A stretch of DNA of 64,000 nucleotides from Octopus sinensis (lineage: Eukaryota): positions 78,306,001 to 78,370,000 of the forward strand of contig NC_043005.1 of assembly GCF_006345805.1 (NCBI RefSeq), given 5' to 3'. Below are positions 50,501 to 61,641 of the stretch, piece by piece (within the stretch, counting starts at the first letter, position 1; the number at the start of each line of letters is the position of its first letter). A program made the translations under genes and the position numbers. The notes under the pieces were generated by a model. It was given only the letters and a program-made list of their open reading frames with translations. It searched no databases and had not been told where the DNA came from.

Positions 50501-53500
50501 GACGACACTGAGTGGAAACATGCTCCGGAATTTTGTCACGAAACTTGTCAAAGAAGAAAACATAAATGAACTGAATGATGGGACCAAAACCTTAAGGGAT
50601 CTTGAAGTTAGCGTGAGTATTGTTTGGTATTATACTTTAACGATGATGTTCATCTGGAGCAGTGTCGATGATCAAGACAATAAGGCATGACAGCCACCCC
50701 TCCACTCTTTCGAAGAGAGATCTAATTGTCATTGGTTCTGTTTGTTTGTAGGGTATGGATATTGACCAGTATATGGCTACACTGGAGAGACAAGACGACA
50801 CCTTTCTCAAAGTCAATCACATGTTTGTCGAAAGAGTTCTGTCTCTACCGCCTGGATCACATGCAATTATAGGAAACGGAAAGGTAGAGTAAATATTAAA
50901 TATTTCCTTTTTTTTGTTTGTTTACTGACTCACTTCAGTACTTGAAGTTTTGTACTGAGGGCAGTTGGGCAGTTTCATTGTTGATTAACCCTAGATCAAT
51001 CTTGATTGTGTAGACATGATTTTCAGACATTCCAACGTTAGTCCTCTATCTTTTGTCATTATCGTCATTTAACATCTGGTTTCCATGCTGGCATGATTCG
51101 GCCAGTTTAACAGGATCTTGTGAGTCAAAGAATTACATTATGCTCTAATGTTTATTTTCTACAGTGCACGGTCCTCCTTAACACCAACCACAATGTGCAC
51201 TGGTTCAGTCCCACTGCATGGCACCTTGGGCAAATGTCTTCTTCTATAGCCTCAAGGCGACCAAAGCCTTGTGAGTGGATTTGGTAGATGGAAACTGACA
51301 GAAGACTGTCATATACATATATGTGTAGGGCATGGCTGTGTGGTTAGGGAGCTTGCTTCCTAGCTACATGGTTTCGGGTTCAGTCCCACTGCGTGGCACT
51401 TTGGGTAGGTGTCTTCCACCATAGCCCCGAGCCGACCAGAGCTTTGTGATTGAATTTGGTAGGTGGAAGTTACTGCCGTGTGTGTATGTGTGCGTGTAGG
51501 TGCTTGTGCCTCTCCGAAACAGAGAGAGGGAATAACCATCTCATTTATAGTTCAATGTAGCCTCCTTTATTTAACCTTTTAACATTCAGATCATTCCTTC
51601 AGATGTGCTACTTGCTTATTCACACTGCTTTGAGTTAATGGTAGATTTGAGATTTCAATGATGTGATTGCTTATATTTAGAATGACATTGTAGGTTAAGT
51701 ATGATAAGCCAGATCTGGCCAGTTTTTAATGTAAAACAGGTAGAATATTTGGACAGGCAAAGCCAGTTTAAATGCTAAAGGGTTAAGTAATAATGTGTAC
51801 GGGAAACTTAGCTGCTATTTCTTGCAGATCAAGAAACCTAGAGCTTCTCTCAACAGTTTCATTGTTAAAAAAAAAGCTGTGGCTAAAATAGGGAAGTTTG
51901 TTTTTAGTTCAGTCCATTTGTGTATGCTTGTGAAAAAAGAAAGTGTTCAGATTCCTTATTTAGTGAGGTTTTTTTTTTCTTTTTTGCTGTTTTGCTTACC
52001 AGGTTATTGGTCCACTAAAAGACGATGAGGTGTTCATACAGGAGGATTTCTCATTGTTTGAGAAACATCTGATGCAAACAAGTGCAAAGAAGATCCAAGC
52101 TCATGTTGAATCTGCTAATGCTAATAGCGACAAGTAAGTTTTATTATTGACTAGCAGTATCGCCCGGCATTGCTCGGGTTTGTAAGGGAAATAACTATAT
52201 AAGCATTTTTAGAGATGTAACGTATAATAGCCATCTCAATATGGCTAACCACAAAGGTGGGTGGTGTTACTGTAGCTTTTTACGTTCTGAGATTTAATAA
52301 TAAATTTTTAGAGAGTTACTTCCCTTATATATGCCAAAAATGCATTAAAAAATGGGAAAAATTGATGGTAAATTTTTTTTTAAATCGTAGACTCATCGAA
52401 GACGTGTACTAATACCCAGAAGGGCTCGATATGAATCACGACTATAAGATACCCGGTTTTGGTTAAACTGCACCGCAAAATGTGGGAGTCTAAATCGTAG
52501 GAGACAGACAGCACACAACCTCTCTTTTATATATAAAGATATATTTATTTTTCTATAACAGATTCGCCGAGGTGTGGCAGGGCCTGGACCTTGTGCTGAA
52601 TCATATTACACTACAGAAGCCCAAATATTAGGTTGCACAGCACTTACAAAACCCAGAAGAATGGGTCACATAATGATACAGGACCCAGAATAGGTGTTGC
52701 TCTATACTAATGTACCCAGAAGAACTGGTCTTACACATTGGTAAAGTACCCAGAAAAATAGATCTTACTCTATAGATCTTACTCCAGTGGTTCCCAAAGT
52801 GGGCAGTATTAACCCCTTGGGGGCAGTGGAAAGTTCCATTGGTGTATTGAAGAAAATTGGGTGATAGTGGGGTAGCGATTCATTTAAAAATTGGGATGAT
52901 AATGGAGGTAGCGATTCATCTAAAAATTGGAACGGTAATGGGGTAGCAATTCATGTAAAAATTAGGATAATAATGGGGTGGCAATTCATGTAAAAATTGG
53001 GACAATAGTGGGGTGGTGATTCATGTAAAAACAACAAAATAATGGGTTCATTAAGTTATATTTGTGAAATACAGCTGCTTTGAATTTGCTTCAGAAAGGG
53101 GTCTACGTTTGTAGTGGTTGATTGAGGTAGTGGGGGCAGGATGGGGGGGGGCTAAGAATGTGGCCTGAGTGTTAGGGGGGTGACAGCCCAAAAAAGTTTG
53201 GGAACCACTGCTCTATACTAAAGTGCCCTGAAGAATACGTCTTACTCTATAATAAAGTACCCAGAAAAATAGGTCTTACTCTGTGCTAAAGTACCCAGGT
53301 GAATATGTTTTACTCTATACTAAAGTACTCAGAAGGACTGGTCACACAGCACTAAAGAACCTAGCAGGGTTAGTGCAACACTACAGAAAATAACAACACC
53401 AGCTAGGTAACAGTAGGCGCAATGCCCCTATTAGCATGGCCTTCATTAATAAGAACCTGCTACGAATAGTTTGCTTCATAAATAAAGGTATTTACTGTAT

Positions 53501-55387
53501 TTACTCATGTATTATCCCCCCTAATTTAGTGCTAAATCTTGGTACAAAGCTTTTTGTGGCTGTGTGGTAAGAAGCTTGCTTCCCAACCTCATGGCTTCAG
53601 GTTCAGTTCCACTGTGTGGCACCTAGGGTAAATGTTTTCTACTATAGCCTTGGCCTGGCCAAAACCTTGTAAGGGGATTTGGTAGACAGAAGTTGAGAGA
53701 AACGTGTCATATATATATCAATGCTTGATGACTTACGTTGGTTTGTTTACATCCCCTATAACTTAACGGTTCAGCAGAGGAGACGAATAGAATAAGTGCT
53801 AGGCTTTAAAAGGAAAAAGTTCTGGTGTTGTTTTGTTCGACTACAGCCTTATCAAGGCAGTGCCACAGCATGGCCACAATCACACAACTGAAACAAACAA
53901 GCAAGCTATCTCACTCCAGTTTTACAGTTAAAATGTAGTATAGGTGCAGGAGTGGCTGTGTGATAAGCAGCTTGCTTACCAACCACATGGTTCCGGGTTC
54001 AGTCCCACTGCATGGCACCTTGGGCAAGTGTCTTCTACTATAGCCACGGGCTGACCAAAGCTTTGTGAGTGGATTTGGTAGACAGAAACTGAAAGAAGCC
54101 TGTTGTATATATGTGTGTGTCTGTGTTTGTCCCCCCAACATCACTTGACAACCGATGCTGGTGTGTTTACGTCCCTGTAACTTAGCTGTTCAGCAAAGGA
54201 GACCGATAGAATAAGTACTAGGTCTACAAAGAATAAGTCCTGGAGTCGATTTGCTCGACTAAAGGCGGTGCTCCAGCATAGCCGCAGTCAAATGACTGAA
54301 ACAAGTAAAAGTGTAAAAAAGAGAGTAAAGAGTATAAAAAAATGCACTTAGACACGAGTAATTGCACACATGCATACACTCACATATTTCTGATTTTGTT
54401 GTCCCTCTTAATAGTATTTCTTTGCATGTCTTGTTGTCTTTCAGGGCTAGTGACCTCGTGATGAAGATCGCCTCCTTACTGTCCGCAAAAACACTAAGTG
54501 AAAGCCGTAAAGACATCAACTATCATACTGATGGTCACAGGTAAATAGAAAAAAATAAAAATAAAGAAAAAGCTATTTATGTATCATATTTAATGCATAC
54601 ACTCTTGACAGGCCAGTTAACTGTAGTACTTGTCCTGAGATAACATCCCTCTTGGATGTTCGTAAAGGTCAGAGGAAAACGAAAATCCATCCCAGTAGCA
54701 GAGAACGCCAGATGCATTTTGGCCTTTTTGGACCTTTTCCAACTACATTCTCAGACAAGAATTCACTGCCTCTGGTATTGTAAAAAGTAACTGAAACATT
54801 CACAGATGTTGCCTGTAGTCATCCAGCTGAATAAATTTCCAATATACACAAGGGAGGCAATATACTGAATTAATAGAGGGCAGCGAGCTGGCTGAATCAT
54901 AGCTCCAATCTGATCTGGCAAGGTTACTACAACTGGATGCCCTTCCCACCGACACAGGAGCCAGTCAGGCAGCACTGGCAACCACATTCAAATGGTGCTT
55001 TTTACATGCCACCGGCACAGGAGCCAGTCATGGGGCACTGACATTGACCATTTTCAGACGATGCTTTTTACATGCCACCAGCACAGGGAGCTAGTCAGGT
55101 GGCACTAGCATCAACCCTCGCTTAAATTGTGCTTATTATGTGCCACCAACACGGGTGCCAGTTAGGCGGCACTGGTATCAGCCACAACTATAATTTCTAT
55201 TTTGTTTTCGATTTTATTTGACCCAGGTCTTCTCAAGCACAGCGTATCGCTTGAGAAGACCTTCACTATAGCAGTATTTGTTACCTATTGTTATCACACT
55301 TTCTTGCAATTCTCCATTAGAGGCAGCATCTGTGTGTCTTTCCTCCTACAAGTCTCATGTTACAATGTTATTCCACCTCACTGTTAC

Positions 55388-55423
<36 letters not shown>

Positions 55424-58400
55424 ATCCACACACACTTCCTCTTTCACCGTTCTTCATTTTGTGGCTCTGATCACACTCATCTCTCATTTTCTCCGAAATA
55501 TATTCCCTGCAGCGTCATCAAAATACCTGCTGACCCGAATGCACCCTCATTTGAAGTTGAAGTCATCATGGACCCTGTATCAAGAGAGGCTCAGAAGCTT
55601 ATTCCTATTTTAATTGTAAGTAACTGATTTAACTCTATGACCCCCACAATAACATTTTTTCCCCTTTCCTGTACATGTCTGTCGGGCAACCACAGATTTA
55701 GATTCTAGTTTTTTTTTTGCGATCACACAACTGGAATGCTCAGAACAGAATAATAGAATCAGACGCTAGATTCATTTATAACAGAATTAAAGAATTCCAA
55801 TTTCACACTTCCCATGTCACCACTTCCGCTTGTTATTTATTCCAACATCAAACGAGATTAAACAAACCTACTTTCACCTTGCAAAGTTCTTTAAGTTTTT
55901 GTTTGTTTATTCACAAATGATTTGATCTTAAGGAAGGGCCTGGGTCTAAGACCCTTACAGGCCGTTGGAGATCAATGAGATTGGTGGGTTTAACACTGGT
56001 TCATCTCCTCTTATCTCCACCTGCAATAGAATTCTTTTACTTGTTTCAGTCATTTGACTAGAGCCATGCTGGAGCACTGTCTTTAGTCGAGTAAATCGAC
56101 CCCTAGGACTTATTCTTTGTAAGCCTAGTACTTATTCTATCAGTCTCTTTTGCTGAACCGCTAAGTTACGGGGACATAAATGCACCAGCATCGGTTATCA
56201 AGTGAAGTTGGGGTACAAACACATTCCTAGCACTCTCATCCCATCTACCCATCACAAGCATAGACTTCTTTCTGAAGCAAATTCAAAGCAACTGTATTTC
56301 ACAAATAAAACTTAACCTAATGGACCCTTCATTTTGATATTTTTACATGAATCGCCACCCCATTATCAACCTACTTTATTTCAATGTCCGTTATTAACTT
56401 GCTGTTATTAGAGTAATTTTTGATTCTTCAAACTGTTGTTTCAAGACTTTATTCTTTCCGATTTCTAGACCCTTCAAAGTGTTGCCAACATGAATATCAA
56501 GATTTATATGAACTGCAAAGACAAGCTGTCAGAACTGCCCCTTACAAAGTAAGTGCCTTTAGGTGTTTTTTTTATATTCTGTCTCAAGGTAAATATTGTA
56601 GTTAATGGCATAGAAGATGAACAGGCATATTAGGTGTATCCCAAATTCAACTGAGAAAAAATATTTTAGTGCATTACAGCATGTAATAGAGGCCCAATTT
56701 CACATAGAGGACCCAGGGCGCTTTATTTATTCTTTTACTTGTTTCAGTCACTTGACTGCGGCCATGCTTGGGCACTGCCTTTACTCGAATGAATCAACCC
56801 CAGGATTTATTCTTCGTAAGCCTAGTGCTTATTCTATTGGTCTCTTTTGCTGAACCGCTAAGTTATGGGTGACATAAACACACCAACATTGGTTGTCAAG
56901 CGATGGTGGTGGGGCAAACACAGAAATACAAACATATATTCTTTGTTCCTTCTCGAGCCATGCCTGGCTCATAAGGGCTGGTTTCCTGCTTTCCTTGGCA
57001 CACAGGTTGCCTACTTGGATGGAACACTGGTCCGTCGCAGGTGAGCTGCAAGATGCAGGAGGAAAGAGTGAGAGAAAGTTGTGGCGAAAGAGTCAGCAGA
57101 AGTTCACCATTACCTTCTGTTGGAGCCGCGTAGAGCTTAGGTGTTTTGCTCATAAACACACACATTGCCCGGTCTGAGATTCGAACATGCGATCCCTGAC
57201 CGCGAGTCCGCTACTCTAATCACTAGGCCATGTGCCTCCACACAAACATATATATATATACTTACATATACGACAGGCTTCTTTCAGTTTCCATCTACCA
57301 AATCCACTCACAAGGCTTTGGTCGGCCCGAAACTGTAGTAGAAGACATTTTCCCAGGGTGCCATGCAGTGGGACTGAACCACGTGGTTGGGAAGCAAGCG
57401 TCTTACCATGTAGTCAAGACTGCACCTATTTATTATTTTTTTTGTGACATCATCATCATCATCATCATGTCTATAAAAAAAAGAACTAAAAGAAAAATTG
57501 TGCATCTTATATGCCATGAAATATGGTAAATGTTATGACGTTAGCAGCAAAACATTGGTTTCACTGTACTTTCCAATGTACAGTGGCAAAGGATTTGTTT
57601 AGTAAACCTGCAAGATGGTTTGCCCATATTGGAGGTTAGGGCTGGTTTCCTGGTTTCTCTGGTTTACATATTTCTCCCTGGATGGGACGCTAGCTCATTG
57701 CAGAGTTGCTCCTTTTTACGAGCTGAGTGGTCTTGGAGCAATATAAAATGCAGTGTTTTGATCAAAAACGCAACAGATGGACATTGGTACTTATTTTTTA
57801 AGTCTTGCAGGTGGCACGTAGAAAACACCAACTGATCGTGGCCACTGCCAGCCTCCCCTGGCACCTATGCCGGTGGCACATAAAAAGCACCCACTACGCT
57901 CATGGAGTGGTTGGCGTTATGAAGGGCATCCAGCTGTAGAAACACTGCCAGATCAGACTGGAACCTAGTGCAGCCTCCTGGCTTCCCAGACCCTGGTCAA
58001 ACCATCCAACCCATGCTAGCATGGAAAGCGGACGTTAAACGATGATGATGGTACTTTTTCTCTTGGTCACTTTTGCCAAACTGCTAAGTTATAGGGATGT
58101 AAACAAGCCAACACCTGTTGTCAGTTGCTATGGGGAGGGCAGAAAGACATGCACAAACATACACATAAGTGTGTTGGATGGCTTCTACACAGTTTTCCAT
58201 CTACCAGATTCACTCATAAAGCATTGGTCGTCCCAGGGCTATAACAGAAGTCATTCGCTTGAGGTGACACAGAGTGGGACTGAACCTGAAGTCTCATAGT
58301 TGCAAAGCAAGCTTCTTAACCACACAGCCATGGGGAAAACTTTTATTATATACTAGCAGTATCGCCCGGCGTTGCTCGGGTTTGTTTCGACCCTTTAGAA

Positions 58401-59972
58401 TTCGAATTTTTGTAAAATAAAAATTTTGCATTATGTAGCTTGTTATTCTCTTTAAATGAACATTTTTCTGGTTGAAATACACCGAAAAATGGCGACATAG
58501 CAGTCAAAAATCGTAAAAATAGGGATTTTCATAGGAAAAAAAGCACCTTTTTGATGTAAATAATTTTTGGTGTTAATATGGTCCGATTTGAATTTTTTGT
58601 TCTACAGAAGGAAGAGCAAGCCTTCTTCTATCATACTCTCAATTTTGGTCAACTTGCGCCACAGGGTCTCGGAGGAGATAGTGTTAGTTGAAGGCTACCA
58701 AACCTGCCGTACAAAGACAACTTCAGCTTTGTCTATATAGAGATTTCCATTTTCAACATAATTTGTCTTTTATTCATGGAAGATAATAAAATTGTAATTA
58801 ATTGTCAATCATTTAGCTAAACTGGAAACATTTGATTTTGTTCCAATCCAGCTTCTACCGCTATGTACTGGATCCTGAATTGAAGTTCAGTGTTGATGGA
58901 AATGCCATCTCTGTTCCTTATGCTAAATTTGAAAGCTTACCCCAAAAGTCGTTGCTCACCCTCAACATGCACCCGCCAGAGAGCTGGTTGGTAGAAGCAG
59001 TGAAATCACCCTACGACTTGGATAACATCATGTTAGAAGAGGTACGTAGTCATATGTTACACATCTCTATCTGTCTGTTTATCTCTCTTTCTCCATCCTT
59101 TTTCCTTTCTCTCTCTCTCCATCCCTTTCCCTCACTCTCTATACATATATACACACATTAATATTAACATTTATATACATTTGCTTATTTATTTAACTAT
59201 TATTGTTAACCTGAAGAGTGGCTATGCTATAATCTTAAATTGGATTGTTTTTCGATTAAATCAAAATTTAATTGTAATTCGAATTTAAATTATAGCCATG
59301 AAACGTATGTAATTTTTTTTACTTATCATATATTGTTTATTCATTTTTGTACTTTTTGTGATCGAGTTATATGTTTTAAAAAATATATTTTATTTTTTAT
59401 TTATGATTTGGTTTATGTCTATCATTGTTTGAATTGCATAATAATGGTTTTTCTCTAATTTATATATTATATATATATATATATATACATATATACAAAT
59501 ATAAGATGCAGCTACATGTGGACTGTTAGCAATTTGTTTTTTTTTTTGCACATTCCTCTGTCTCCTGTTTCTGAATAAGAGCTTTGCTCAAAACGTAAAA
59601 CAACCATTCTTTCTTTCCTTCTCTGAGCGTCTTAGTAATACTTTGCATGTACCATATCCTTGTGTTGTTTTTTCCTCTTGGCTTTTTTCCTCTGTTTTTC
59701 TTAATGTGAGTGTATGTATATATGTATCTGTATTTTACGTTATTGATTTCTATTATGCAGGCCAGTAATGGAGTATCAGCTGAATTTGAACTAGAATACC
59801 TCTTGCTTGAAGGTAAGCGACAAATTATATTCATATTTATTTATTTTTTTAATATGTATTTAACAAGAGTGTGCAGATGGCTAAGACAATAGTTTAGTAA
59901 GTTGGCTGTTCATAACACATTTGATTTCCAATGTGCATTTTCACTTATTTTCCTTCTTACTTACCCCTGTAT

Positions 59973-60020
<48 letters not shown>

Positions 60021-61608
60021 TTATATATAAAAGTGAAGTTGTGTGCCTGTCTCCTACGATTTAGATTCCTAACTACTCCCACATTTTGCGGTGCAGTTTA
60101 ACCAAAACCGGGTATCTTATAGTCGTGATTCATATCGAGCACTTCTGGTTATTAGCACGCGTCTACGATGAGTCTACGATTTAAAAAAAAATTTACCATA
60201 ATTTTTTTCCATTTTAATGCATTTTTTCGCTATTATATAAGGGAAGTAACTCTTTAAAAATGTCTACGATGAGTCAACGATTTTAAAAAGAATTTACCAT
60301 AATTTTTTTTCCATTTTTTTGCTATTTTTTGGCTATAACTCTCTAAAAATGCTTATATAGTTATTTCCCTTACAAACCCGAGCAACACCGGGCGATACTG
60401 CTAGTATATATATATCATAAATTTTATATGGAAAAAAATTCTCATTAAAGATGAAAGGAAGAATCTATATGAGTTGTGTGAGAGCTGCAATGCTGTATTG
60501 GAGTAAGACATGGTGTCTGAGGAGAGAAAGAGATGGGGTGATGCTGTTTGATACGAGGACTGAAGATTTGATGGGGGTGCTGGGGTTGGAGGAATCGGTG
60601 GAATGGTTGGTGAGGGCGAATGGAGTGAGGTAGTATGGGCATGTGTTGAGGAGGGTGATTGCATTTGAGGTAAATGGAGCGTGAAAGCAAGATAGACTAA
60701 AGAAAAGGTGGAGGTGGAGATTGAGAGGGTTCGTTTGGAAAAGGATGCCCAAAACCAGGTGAGAGGATATGAGGGCTGTTGCTATGGCACTGAGGTAGAT
60801 CCGGTCACCCCTGTTATCGGGGATAAAACCTGGATTTAAAACACTGGAGGAGGAGGATGATAATATATGTAAAATATAGGCTTGTACATTGTATGTGTGC
60901 ATTAAAAACAGGAAGTCTTTATCAAATTTTCTTTTGCAGATATCTTTTGTAATATATAAGTATATTTCTTTTTTTTTTTTTTGCTATTTTTTTCTCACCT
61001 AGGACATTGTCATGATTCCAGCAGTGGCCAACCACCCCGTGGACTACAGTTTACTCTCGGTGCCAATAACTCTGCTTCCCTTGTTGATACTATTGTTATG
61101 GCAAATTTGGTATGTTCTCGACAAATATTCTCATCATTTGAAAAATATTGAAAAAATAAAGTAAAAATTAGTTTTTGTATATTATCCAGTTTAATTTAAT
61201 TAAGTTGAAATTCTCATTTTACTACATTAAAAATTCAAAGCAATCTTTTTTTGGTGGTGGTCCTTTTTTAATTTATTTATATATTTATTTTTTAGTTTTT
61301 TTCCCTATTTCGTTATGGTTTCTAATTTTAAATCTGCTAAAATTATTCTTTTGTAAACTGGATAGACGAAAGGAGAGTTATTGAATAATGATAATAATCC
61401 TTAGGCACAAAGCCTAAAATTTTAAGAGAAGGGGCTAATTAATTACGTTGACCCCTGGGCTCAACTGGTACTTATTTCATTGATCCCATCCCCAAAAGGA
61501 TGAAAGGCAAAGCTTCATCTTGGCAGAATTTGAACTCTGAACATAAAGAAGGATGAAATGCTGTTGAGCATTTTGTTCCATGTGCTAATGAGTCTGCTTC
61601 ATAATACC

Positions 61609-61641
<33 letters not shown>

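Noticed and set aside
50613-50751. Short intron as a C/D snoRNA host
   Set aside because: No proper box C/box D pair or terminal stem
56546-58852. Split codon AA|C (Asn) as a restorative A-to-I site giving Ser
   Set aside because: As I recall, this position varies among UGGTs; there is no evidence without RNA data
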